A stretch of DNA of 64,000 nucleotides from Antedon mediterranea. Lineage: Eukaryota; Animalia; Echinodermata. This document shows, in pieces, positions 51,801 through 64,000 of the stretch. The position numbers were made by a program, and so were the translations under genes. Location of the stretch: positions 12,386,795 through 12,450,794 of the forward strand of contig NC_092670.1 of the NCBI RefSeq assembly GCF_964355755.1, read 5' to 3'. The stretch's first letter is position 1, and each line of letters opens with the position of its first letter. The notes beneath the pieces are model-generated. The model made no database searches. It was not told where the DNA came from and was given only the letters and a program-made list of their open reading frames with translations.

Positions 51801-51986
51801 CGTCGTACGACGGGGTCCGATGACCCGTCTCGTCGGGTAAAAATTAAACATGATTAAAGTTCCCGCGACGACATAAAAACTACACCATTTTAGGACGACT
51901 CGTCTTGTCGGGATTCAACTCGGACAGCACCGACGAGTCACTACGTTTCGTCGGGCCTCACCGTACGACGCTGTCTGAGTTGGCCT
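51801..51986. mobile_element. Truncated Harbinger-like MITE
   Basis: GC-rich palindromic CGTCGTACGACG / CGTACGACG motifs, ending GTCTGAGTTGGCCT. Interrupts a sequence (tgttcgaac..taacaattgctag) that is contiguous near 50890-50930. Confidence 0.5.
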
Positions 51987-52086
51987 TTATATTAACAATT
52001 GCTAGTTAAAAAATGTGTATATTTGAGAAGCATGTTGGTAGCGAAATAGAGTATTAATTAGCGCACTCACTCAAAAACTTGAAAAA

Positions 52087-52813
52087 AACAATGCCATATA
52101 GATGGCTGCAGTCGCGTGCTCATTAGTGTTTACCGACGACCGACCGACCAACCTACCAACTGACCGAAATTACTGAACATGTTTAAAAATGTTGAAATGT
52201 TTAAAAACATTTATATTTTTTTAATTTACACGTGCGTAGCCTGTCACTTTTGACGTGCTCGTATAACGTAATTTCGAGTTGAAAAGTAAGTCAAGAAAAC
52301 AGAAATCGGGCAAAAAGAGTGCGCAATAACATTTAACGCGCAGTGCGCGCGCAAATATCTGCGCACTCATGGCAATTTTGTAAACGCCTAAAATTGCCTG
52401 AACCGTACTCTTATTTCATCGAAAATAAATTTTGAAAATTTTAAGCGCGCGTACTCATGCGTTACATTAGCTACGCACGTAATTGTATTGCCATATGATG
52501 ATTTATGCCCTGAAATTTATGAGTACCAAATTTTATTTAATTGTGATTCATGGTTGTGAAGACGTGATTTCGTTAAATCGTGCGTAGACCGCGTAATTTT
52601 TTATTGCGCACCGTGAAAACATAACCACATCGATTCCTGGCCATAAAGAATATACTGTGAAAAATTGACTTAGCTAGATTAAACTGATATCAAGATAAGG
52701 TCAGAAAGTGATAAAAGGCATAGTGATACCGGATCGACAGACAGACAGACCGACAGGCAGACCGACCGACCGACCGACATAGTAAACTATAGAGTTGCGT
52801 CCACGTGACTAAA
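52087..52813. mobile_element. Helentron/HINE-like element, copy 2
   Basis: Colinear, high-identity copy of 34991-35705. Confidence 0.8.
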
Positions 52814-52924
52814 AATGGGTTTCAGGCCATTATGGTTCTATTATTATAATGTACAACCACGTATTAAACTACAACTGATTTAAGAAACTCATACAGACGT
52901 AAGTTTAACAGACTAAAACTTAAA

Positions 52925-53112
52925 ACTCTCACAGATTTTGTTCACTCTCGTAGATTTTGTTCACTCTCACAAAATTTTTTCACTCTCGCAGATTTTTTTC
53001 AATGTTGCATATTTTATTCACTCCCGCAGATGTTGTTCACTCTTACTAATTTTGTTTACTCTTCGTGCAGATTTTGTTTACTCCAGCAGATATTGTTCCT
53101 ACTTGAAGATTT
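52925..53112. repeat. Degenerate ~20-bp minisatellite (ctctcgcagattttgttca)
   Basis: About 9 imperfect tandem copies. Confidence 0.7.
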
Positions 53113-53981
53113 TATATTTTTTATTAAATTTACGAAATTATGCGCATGTCACAGAACAATAATGTCACAATGGACATTTGGTAATTTTTGTTTGTGCATG
53201 TTCACTCCACTAACATTGTTGAATAATCGGGTCCGTTTGATTGTTTAGTGTGACATGCGCAGCGTGATGTGATTATGCGCAAATGATATCACTATGAGCA
53301 TTTTGTAATGGTTTATCAATCATTTTTAATCAAAAAATGATGTTTTACTCAAAAAATAAGTAATTCAAAACTATTATATTTTTTTTAAACTGACATAATA
53401 TGTGAGTTGTACACTACATGATTCAATCACTTTTTTATGGTTTCTTGGTTTAATTAGCAATACCCCATTTGAATGGTGTTCTTTGTACACGCGGTTAGTA
53501 TATCAGATGTATTATACTTCCATCATCCAGATATGAAAAATAGCATCAGTAGACCATTTATACCTGATATTGAATACAGGTTTTCAAAAGACGTGGCTTA
53601 TTCTTAATTTACTAATGTATTTAAAATGTTAGATAATTGTTGTAATAGAACTTTTGTTCATAACAAAAAATATAGCATAGTAAAAATAATTGTTAAGTAG
53701 TCTTACTTTACTTTTTTAGTATATTATTGTTCGAAATATTAACAATTGGATATTTGTTGTTATTTTATTGTGGAAAAAATAAATGTTGATTTGAATTGAA
53801 TGTATTGTTAGCGAGGGGAGATTAATATGGTCGCCGCACTCAAATACTTATTTTCACTAATGGTTGGTATTAGATGGAACATTTTACCTGCCGTTGATGA
53901 AAAATAGATAATAGTTTATAAATGTAAGGCAACAGAGTTCGAGGCTAACTTTGATGCAGACTTTCTAAAACGACGGTCAGA

Positions 53982-56900
53982 ATGCATTGCCCTAATATAT
54001 TGGTTTTTTTTTTCCTGCCGTTTGTCGCCAATGTTATTTCGATTGGTACATTCTATACTATTGAGCCTGGTCAGACTCTAGAAGGATGGAGTTATGAATT
54101 AAAGGATATCAGTCGTGTAAGTTGTTTGCAAGTCTGTTCGAAGAAAACTTATTGCTGGTCGGTTAACTATAGCCCGAAAGATCGTGTTTGTCGAATCAGT
54201 AAACGTACACCTCTGGATGCGTCAGCTACTGTAAAGATAGATCAAACGCCTGCATTTCTTTACATCGAAAAAGTGAGTAAAAACGTTCAATTTCTTCTAA
54301 ATTACGAAAATTGAACAAACAAAAATTATTTGTTTTTACATTATATGTAAAAAATATCATGAAGGTATAGGAAACAAGTAAAACGTGATATATATGAAAA
54401 TACGTAATATATAATTTATATTGGTTTTCTGTTTCTGAAATGTATTTGCGTTTTTTTTAGATATAGAGCCTACTTATTTTCTCTATTTTTTTGTATTTTA
54501 ATACAGGTCTTAGACAGTGACTTCAAAAGACGTGAGTATTCCCAAATAACTCTTCCAAATGTTTGCAACACAGTCATTTTTGTAATAGAAATATTGTTCA
54601 ATACAAAAAGATGTCAGGCAATAATATATGTTTGTAGTTAAGTTTCCATTAAAGTAAAGTGCTTTTACTTGTTTAATATTATTATTCTAAATGTATTATT
54701 AGCAACATATTTATTGGGCCTATCGATTTATCGCATCACGTCAATGCAATTAATATACAAATAATGAATGTTTATGAGTGTAATGGTACAAATAATGGCA
54801 CGAGGTGAATGATGAAAGGTTATATCAACGAGGGGATGAGCCGAGTTGATATAACCTTTCATCATTCACCAAGTGCCATTATTTGTACCATTACACGAAT
54901 ACAAAACATTCATTATTTGTTTTATATAACATCTAAATAAATTCTAGTTATTTGAATCAAATAAAAGGTAGCCCTAACCAAAGCTTACTACATTTCATTC
55001 ACACACATTGATTAAAAACAGTAACATTTGGTTTTTAATAATTTTATATTATTATGTTATATTTATATGGATTTCGTAAACACACCTACTTTTGTGTTAA
55101 TTATGTCAACAAACGACCAAACAATCCTAGGACTAGCAAGGCTAAAACGCCTAGGCTAGGCCTAGCCTAATACTAGCATGGCCTAGGCTACCCTAGTAGC
55201 CTAGTAGTAGTACTAGCTTGACTGAAAGGCAAAACTTCGACAGACAATTGGAACTTATCTAAGCTAATTATGGTTTTTCCAACAATTCCACGTCTTGTAG
55301 GGATGTCCCCATTAATTAATCAAAATCCTAAAAACGATCTAAAGCTAATTTAAATGCCTTTTTGAATGAAATTAGTACATAATGTCCAAATCGTACACAA
55401 ATATCTGCTGCTGTTGCATATCTCGCGGTGGTGTTTACAAATGAAACTGAGACCAGACGACAGGTGGCGCTGTTGTATTTCACAGTACAGAGCCATATCA
55501 TAGGATAATTTGTGTACTAGATTTTTTTTCATCCGCGAGACGTTTTTTTTTTCGTACACAAAAATGTTTCAAAAAGTACTATTTAACGATCGTTGAATAG
55601 TGCGTACTATTGCACGCCATGTGACCCATAATCGTCCAATCAAATGACAGGAATTTATTTAGGTGTTATATAATATTCACTATTTAACATCTGGTCACTA
55701 ACTTGGTTCCCATTCTAGGCCGTAATGCAAGTGAGTTATCCAATGGCAAGCGACAGTTCAAATAATCTATCACTTGTGATTGGTAAAAACCCTCCCTTGC
55801 TTTTCGTCCTAATGGGAACCAATCTGTAAAGGTTTGCTTTAAAAAATGTTACATTTTACAAACACGTATCTATATATTTTATTGATCTTGTTGAGCTCAT
55901 AATTCCTTGTTATATTTATTTAGTTTTCTTACATTTTATTCGTTACATATTTACATTCATTGATCATCATTTAGATGATATTGCTTAGAACGGAATATAA
56001 TATAACTGTTTTCTTAGGGAAAAAATATAATAAACTGCCAATTTCAAATGATCAGTTTTTTTTTTAACGGATATGCCAAATGTCTTCTTAAAAAAAAAAA
56101 TATGATCAAAGTGTCCCCGGTGCGTATATTTGAGGGGTGGGTTGGCGTTTATTCAAAATGATGTTCTATGGGAGAGGCGTTTATTAACCCCATTGGTCAT
56201 CCGCATTTGACAAAGCCTTACTCTAATATATCTCTACACTAATCATTCACATTTTATACTAATATCAATTAGTTACTATCTATTATGTTAATTAACTCGG
56301 GCTATCAACGTTGGCAAGAAATCCGGCTTTATTCCCTGTATATCAGTTGACAATTGCATATTGTGTATTTTTCATTTTAACTATATCATAACGTACTTTT
56401 TTTCAGATGGCATAGTTTACTATTCGACTGAAGTAACATACGATGACGCTTCAGCTATATGTGAAGATAAGCTAGGTTCACTGGCAACATACGAGCAACT
56501 CTATAACGCATTCGCCGATGGTGCACAGTGTGCTAAAGGATGGCTTATCAGCAGAGAGATTGCCTTTACAGAAATCTCCTACGCGTGCACAATGAAACCA
56601 CCGGTTGAAAGAAGCAATGTGTTTGTTTGTGGACAGTATCGTTTCGGGTTTTATTGTTTTAGAGAAAGAAACATAGTTTCGAGTACACCTACCGCCGATT
56701 ACATTCCAAAATCTCAACGGATAATTAGAATAAGTGAGTCATTGACGACTAAGCTGTATCCTGAAGAGGCAGATCAATGTTGTACAGATGATTATTCTGG
56801 TAGAATGTCTACATCATTCGAGGCCTACAATGCCACTTACTCAATGAATGTTGATTTTTGTGCTCAAGGTTGGTATGCTGGTGGTCTTGATGGAGATGTA

Positions 56901-57326
56901 TGCAATACAGATAATCAACCATCGAAATACTGGGATCCTGAAACGTTATGGTTGATCTTTTTAACTGAACCATCTTTCAAACAGTTCAGCTTTTGTTATA
57001 TTCCTTTACATGGAGATGGTCTCATTTCTCTCCCTGATCCATACCCGCCTCATCGTGTCATAGTCGCGTCTGGGACGACGGGTGCATGGAGTTACACTTA
57101 CGTGGAAGCTATAGCCAGGTGCGCGGTCTATGGCGGTACACTTGCAACGCGCGCTGAAGTTCAGAATGCATATAATATGGGTTTAGAGTGTATACGTGCA
57201 GGTTGGATTAAAGAAGGGTACACTGTGTATGTGTTACAAACACCAAGATCTTGGCAACCAAGTACCGGAATCATCAATCCGAATGACCCGCGTACTGAAT
57301 CATCTGCTTATTGTTACATACCATAA
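53982..57326 (+). CDS. Secreted PAN/Apple + 3x Link-module protein, copy A (~411 aa)
   Basis: Exons 53982-54272 (hydrophobic leader plus PAN: CLQVC..CWSVNY..C), 54507-54531 (25-nt micro-exon) and 56407-57326 (three Link-like modules: A..C....LAT..Q..A...G..C..GW...YC). Splice phases are consistent and all junctions are GT-AG. Confidence 0.85.
54751..55670. mobile_element. Crypton-like non-autonomous element (920 bp) in intron 2 of copy A
   Basis: Absent from the paralogous intron (empty site TAATAT at 61699-61704). Bounded by the direct repeat TAATAT. ~160-bp hairpin centred on CGAGgggatgagCCGAG at one end and CCAATCA..GTGTTATATAAT at the other. Confidence 0.7.
55702..55822. mobile_element. 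Small palindromic MITE (~120 bp)
   Basis: TTGGTTCCCATT .. AATGGGAACCAA inverted ends. Paralogous copy at ~61731-61850 and partial copy at 62332-62393. Confidence 0.55.
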
Positions 57327-57599
57327 AGCATATAATTCGCTTTAATGAAAGCGTGTACTATAGTATCATTTTGCTCTTTAAAATGTCAATATTCATGACA
57401 GTACACTGCAATTATAATTGTACCACACAACATGACATTATGGTTCACGATGCAAGATGACCCTGAACAATTAACAAACGAACAGTCCTAGGCCTGGACT
57501 TGCTCTCCTCTCCTTACAAACATTGCTGTATAAAGTGTGAAGCCACTAGAGAGGTTAAACGTTTCTGTGATGGTAATGGTCCTTCTCGTTTTAAAATGT

Positions 57600-58135
57600 T
57601 TTTCCACTGTTCCACTTTCTTTTCTTTCTCCTTTCTTTTTCTCACTTTCTTTTCCGCTTTTTTAATTTTGTTAAATTCTTTTTATTCTTGTTTTAAAATT
57701 TTTTTTTTAATCTATTTTTTTCTTTTCATGTTGAAAATTTTCCCCTATTTTACTTTCTTCCCTATTTTTTCTTAATTTTTTCTTCTCCCCATTCTATTTT
57801 TTTTTGCTATTTTTTCTTCCTTCTTTCATTTTTTCTTTCTTTTTTTCGATTTAATTTCTATTTTTTTTAAATGTATTTTCTTTCTTTCTTTCTCTTCTTT
57901 CTTTTCTTGCTTTTTTCTCTTCTTTCTTCTTTTCTTTTTTCTAATTTTGTTTTCATTTCTTTTTTTTAATATTTTAATTTTTTAATATTTCTTACAACAT
58001 TAAATTTCCCGTTTTATCTTTTCTTTCCATTTTTTTTCGTTTTTCTTTCTTTCTTTTATTATTATTTTTCTCTTTCCCTTTTTTACTTTTTTTCTACCAT
58101 TTTTTCATTTCTTTATTTGCTTTTTTTAAATATTT
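57600..58135. repeat. Pyrimidine (T/C)-rich low-complexity tract
   Basis: Composition. A related shorter tract lies at 63780-63975. Confidence 0.8.
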
Positions 58136-58199
58136 TGAATTGCTGAACTGCTACATTTGCTCCAACAATTGATAGGGCGTTACTGGTTACATATCATCC

Positions 58200-59076
58200 G
58201 GAAGGAAGCTTCTGTCCTTTGTGAAGATAAGCTAGGTTCACTGGCAACGTACGAGCAACTCTATGACGCATTCGCCGATGGTACACAGTGTGCTAAAGGA
58301 TGGCTTATCAGCAGAGAGATTGCCTTTACAGAAATCTCCTACGCGTGCACAATGAAACCACCGGTTGAAAGAAGCAATGTGTTCGTTTGTGGACAGTATC
58401 GCTTCGGGTTTTATTGTTTTAGAGAAAGAAACATAGTTTCGAGTACACCTACCGCCGATTACATTTCAAAATCTCAACGGATAATTAAAATAAGTGAGTC
58501 ATTGACGACTAAGCTGTATCCTGAAGAGGCAGATCAATGTTGTAGAGATGATTATTCTGGTAGAATGTCTACATCATTCGAGGCCTACAATGCCACTTAC
58601 TCAATGAATGTTGATTTTTGTGCTCAAGGTTGGTATGCTGGCAGAATTTGTGGTGATATTTGTAAAACAGATAATTCAAATACTGGTATCCTGAAAAGTT
58701 AAGTTATATCTTTATAAGTGAATCATATTATAGGCCTAAACAGGTTTTTTTTAACTTTTGTTATATCCCTTTACATGGAGAGGAGCTTATTTCTCTCCCT
58801 GATCCATACCCGCCTCATCGTGTCCTAGTCGCATATGGAGAGTTACACTTACGACGACGCAATAGCCAAGTGCGCAGACTCTGGCGGTACACTCGCAACG
58901 CGCGCTGAAGTTGAGTACGCAAATAACATGGGTTTAGAGTGTATCCGTGCAGGTTAAATTAAAGAAGAGGATAAGGTGTTTGTGTTACAAACATCAAGGT
59001 CTTGGGAAAGCAGAACCGGAGTCATCAATTTTGTTGATCCGCGTACCGAATCATCTGCTTTGTTATATACCATTAG
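58200..59076 (+). pseudogene. Link-module exon pseudogene
   Basis: Homologous to 56450-57326. Lacks the splice acceptor and has frameshifts and deletions after ~58675. Confidence 0.88.
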
Positions 59077-60132
59077 CTAGGTTATGTTGTTCACTCTGGC
59101 ACGTTTTGTTATCCGCTTGTGAAGATGTTTTCATGTCAAAAAAATCAATTTAAAAATCTTTAATATTCTTCATAATACAGACCTAATTGACTATTACTGT
59201 ATAATTATTAACTCTCTAACATGCAATAACTAGTCTTTATAGTAACCACTGAGGTGTAGTCATTCATATCGCATTACTGCCGCTGCCATTGACCGGTGTG
59301 TGTTGATTGTCACTATGTTCTGAGACATTTGTTAACATATTAAATTATATTCTCAAAAGATTATAGTATACTTTATGCTGTATATATTATTAGTCATATG
59401 TAATGTTTTGCTAGGTTTGCGGGGTTTGTGGGGATGGCCCCATTTGATTGGTGTTCTTTGGACACGTGGTTAGTATATCAAATGAACAATTTATACTGTC
59501 ATTCAGATGAAAAATAGAATCATACAGTATTAGTTCAAATATATATATATATATCAAAAATATATTAAAACCATTCGGTTTGATGGAGGCAAATAAATAA
59601 TATATCATTATACCTGATATTTATTATTACAGGTCTTCAAAAGAAGGTTAATAAACTACTCTATTTAAAATATTAGATAATTGTTGTAATAGAACTTTTG
59701 TTCATAAAAAATATAGCAAAGTAAAAATAATTTAAGTAGTAATAATAATAAGTGGTCTTACTGTTTTTTTATTATGTTATTGTTTGAAATATTACAATAT
59801 TATTGGTAGCGTGGAGCAGATTAATTATTGACGCACGAAAACTTACAAAACTATATAACAACTACATTGTTATTGTTCTATTATTTTTTTTATTATTATT
59901 ATTATTATATAATCATTCTGTAAATAATTTTCCTCAGAAAATGTGTATACATTTATATACTATATACTATTACATTGATTGGTTTACACATTTATTTTCA
60001 CTAATGGTTGGTATTGGAGGGAATATTCTACCTACCGTTAGATGAAAATAGCCAATAGTTTATAATTACAATACAACAGAGTTTGAAACTCATACGAGGC
60101 TAACTTTGATGCAGACTTCCAAAAACGTCACA

Positions 60133-63100
60133 ATGCACAGGCTAATTACTATATTGGTTGTCTTTTTTCTGCCGTTTTTCGTCAGTACAATTGGTACATT
60201 CTATACTAATGTTCCTGGTCAGACTCTAGAAGGCTGGAGTTATGAATTAAAGGAAATCAGTCGTGTAAGTTGTTTGCAAGTCTGTTCGAAGAAAACTTAT
60301 TGCTGGTCGGTTAACTATAATCCGAAAGATCGTGTTTGTCAAATCAGTAACCGTATCCTGCAGGATGCGTCAGATACTGTCAAGATAGTTCAATCGCCTG
60401 CATTTCTTTATATCGAAAAGGTAAGAGTGAAAACGTTCATTTTTTTCCTAGATCACGACAAATAAAAATTTGTAATTAGGTCTATAATGTATGTTACAAA
60501 AACACTGAGCATGAAAACCATATAATGTACAGTAAACTATATAATGAAAGTATTGGAAATAGAAAACGTGTTATATATCAAAATACGTAATTGAATATTG
60601 GTTTAAACTTATTTAAGATGTTTTTCTGTTTTTAAAGCTCAGCTCAGCCAAACGTAAAAACATCTATTAGTAATCTGCTTGGTACAGGTATAAATTTCAG
60701 AAATAAGATATTTTTTTATTAAATGTACAAACATTACAAGTAATATGTGTAATGTAACAGAAATAATGAATTTAAAAAAATGATTTATCTTTAATTATTA
60801 AATACAGAATTTACATTAGTCTTTGGAGGTTGAAATATTGTCTTCACGATGAGTATCATCATCATTCAGGCGTATTGCATGACTTTATTAACTGTAGCAT
60901 TTGATGGATTGTACTGTTAATTAATTTTTACAATTGAGCAATTGTGATAAACAAAATTTGCCGTTTCCGTTAAAGATATGTTGTCCCCCTTAACATTTTT
61001 TTTTCAAATGTTAGTGTTGAATATTATGCCATTTTGATGTTCCATAAATGTTTTTGGTGAACAATACATCTTTAAATGCATAAAACTAAATAAACCAAGA
61101 ATAATTATCATATTCTATACATTTTTGTGAAGAAATATTCTTGTAAAAACTGGTAAAACTAGAGAAAATAGTATTATATAACGGTTGAAATAAGGCCTAC
61201 CAAAAAAACCTTTATTTCCTATTCTATAAACATAATAATTTTTATTTCTATTGATATTTAAAAGAATGTACACTTGTATTGTAAATCGATACTTTGTGTA
61301 TGCTTTTTGAAAAACAACATGGTCAATTTTAATTTTTTTTAAATTAAAAATAGCAAGAAAAATAAAACGATACATGTAGGCCTATTAGCATTTTGTTGAG
61401 ATAGTTCGCTTATTTTCTTTATGTCACTCTGACTTTTTTTGTATTTTAATACAGGTCTTAGACAGTGACTTCAAAAGACGTGAGTATTCCCAAATAACTC
61501 TTCCAAATGTTTGCAACACAGTCATTTTTGTAATAGAAATATTGTTCAATACAAAAAGATGTCAGGCAATAATATATGTTTGTAGTTAAGTTTCCATTAA
61601 AGTAAAGTGCTTTTACTTGTTTAATATTATTATTCTAAATGTATTGTTAGCAACATATTTATTGGGCCTATCGATTTATCGCATCACGTCAATGCAATTA
61701 ATATTCACTATTTAACCTCTGGTCACTAACTTGGTTTTCATTCTAGGCCGTAACGCAAGTGAGTTGACCAATGGCAAGCGACAGTTCAAATAATCTATCA
61801 CTTGTGATTGGTAAAAACCCTCCCTTGCTTTTCGTCCTAATGGGAACCAATCTGTAAAGGTTTGCTTTAAAAAATGTTACATTTTACAAACACGTATCTA
61901 TATATTTTATTGATCTTGTTGAGCTCATAATTCCTTGTTATATTTATTTAGTTTTCTTACATTTTACTCGTTACATATTTACATTCATTGATCATCATCA
62001 TTTAGATGATATTGCTTAGAACGGAATATAATATAACTGTTTTCTTAGGGAAAAAATATAATAAACTGCCAATTTTAAATGATCATTTTTTTTTACCGGA
62101 TATGCCAAATGTCTTCTTTTAAAAAAAATATGATCACAAAGTGTCCCCGGTGCGTATATTTGAGGGGTGGGTTGGCGTTTATTCAAAATGATGTTCTATG
62201 GGAGAGGCGTTTATTAACCCCATTGGTCATCCGCATTTGACAAAGCCTTACTCTAATATATCTCTACACTAATTATTCACATTTTATACTAATATCAATT
62301 AGTTACTATCTATTATGTTAATTAACTCGGGAATAATCTATCACTTGTGATTGGTAAAAACCCTCCCTTGCTTTTCGTCCTAATGGGAACCAATCTGTAA
62401 AGGTTTGCTTTAAAAAATGTAACATTTTACAAACACGTATCTATATATTTTATTGATCTTGTTGAGCTCATAATATATCTTTAAACTAATCATTCACATT
62501 TTATACTAATATCAATTAGTTACTATCTATTATGTTAATTAACTCGGGCTATCAACGTTGGCAAGAAATCCGGCTTTATTCCCTGTATATCAGTTGACAA
62601 TTGCATATTGTGTATTTTTCATTTTAACTATATCATAACGTACTTTTTTTCAGATGGCATAGTTTACTATTCGACTGAAGTAACATACGATGACGCTTCA
62701 GCTATATGTGAAGATAAGCTAGGTTCACTGGCAACATACGAGCAACTCTATAACGCATTCGCCGATGGTGCACAGTGTGCTAAAGGATGGCTTATCAGCA
62801 GAGAGATTGCCTTTACAGAAATCTCCTACGCGTGCACAATGAAACCACCGGTTGAAAGAAGCAATGTGTTTGTTTGTGGACAGTATCGTTTCGGGTTTTA
62901 TTGTTTTAGAGAAAGAAACATAGTTTCGAGTACACCTACCGCCGATTACATTCCAAAATCTCAACGGATAATTAGAATAAGTGAGTCATTGACGACTAAG
63001 CTGTATCCTGAAGAGGCAGATCAATGTTGTACAGATGATTATTCTGGTAGAATGTCTACATCATTCGAGGCCTACAATGCCACTTACTCAATGAATGTTG

Positions 63101-63573
63101 ATTTTTGTGCTCAAGGTTGGTATGCTGGTGGTCTTGATGGAGATGTATGCAATACAGATAATCAACCATCGAAATACTGGGATCCTGAAACGTTATGGTT
63201 GATCTTTTTAACTGAACCATCTTTCAAACAGTTCAGCTTTTGTTATATTCCTTTACATGGAGATGGTCTCATTTCTCTCCCTGATCCATACCCGCCTCAT
63301 CGTGTCATAGTCGCGTCTGGGACGACGGGTGCATGGAGTTACACTTACGTGGAAGCTATAGCCAGGTGCGCGGTCTATGGCGGTACACTTGCAACGCGCG
63401 CTGAAGTTCAGAATGCATATAATATGGGTTTAGAGTGTATACGTGCAGGTTGGATTAAAGAAGGGTACACTGTGTATGTGTTACAAACACCAAGATCTTG
63501 GCAACCAAGTACCGGAATCATCAATCCGAATGACCCGCGTACTGAATCATCTGCTTATTGTTACATACCATAA
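60133..63573 (+). CDS. Secreted PAN/Apple + 3x Link-module protein, copy B
   Basis: Exons 60133-60420 (alternative ATG at 60109), 61455-61479 and 62654-63573. The exon 3 protein is identical to copy A, whereas exon 1 is clearly diverged. Confidence 0.85.
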
Positions 63574-64000
63574 AGCATATAATTCATTTTATAGTATCAT
63601 TTTGCTCTTCAAAATGTCAATATCCATGGCGGTACACTGCAGTCATAATTGTACCACTCAACATGACATTTTGGTTCACGGTGCAAGATGACCGCTAACA
63701 ATATACAAACAAACAGCCCTAGGCCTAGCCTGGCTCTCCTCTCCCTACAAACATTGCTGTATACAAAATGTGAAGCAACTTTTTTCTTTTCTTTTTTTCT
63801 ATTTTTTTTCATTTCTTTGTTTCATATTTTAATTTTTTTTTTTCACATTTCTTACAACATTAAATTTCCCATTTTATCTTTTCTTTCCATTTTCGTTTTC
63901 TTTCTTTTATTATTATTATTTTTCTCTTTCCCTTTTTTAGCCTACTTTTTTCTCTTTGATTTTTTTTCTACCATTTTGTTGTGTCTGTTAAGTGTTGGCA

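Noticed and set aside
56361-56406. Single-exon 321-aa gene start (also 62608)
   Set aside because: Non-ATG start within a polypyrimidine tract; the true exon begins after the AG at 56406 / 62653.

Overview
AT-rich, intron-containing, repeat-dense animal genomic DNA, not prokaryotic. A Deu-type SINE, Link-module genes and abundant TAGGCCTA tracts suggest an invertebrate deuterostome, possibly an echinoderm (inference). Main contents: (1) a ~18-exon KDZ/Zisupton-related, HMGXB3-like transposase gene (C2H2-SWIM-Cys cluster-SAP-transposase core) followed by an OTU protease domain (32437-41027); its probable first exon is at 23420, and its ~9 kb first intron holds a 157-bp satellite, a Harbinger derivative and two Helitron ends. 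(2) A tandem cluster of secreted PAN/Apple + 3x Link-module genes, with two intact copies plus pseudo-exons (51.2-63.6 kb). (3) A 6.5-kb foldback Academ derivative (TAG..CTA, TTA TSD) with a nested TIR element. (4) A nested stack of four ~1.5-kb Helentron/HINE-type elements. (5) Many non-autonomous elements (P-like, Merlin/MULE-like, Crypton-like, CACTA-like), SINE and LINE fragments, and minisatellites. Most short ORFs in the track are spurious. All family assignments come from motif recognition by eye, not from database searches.
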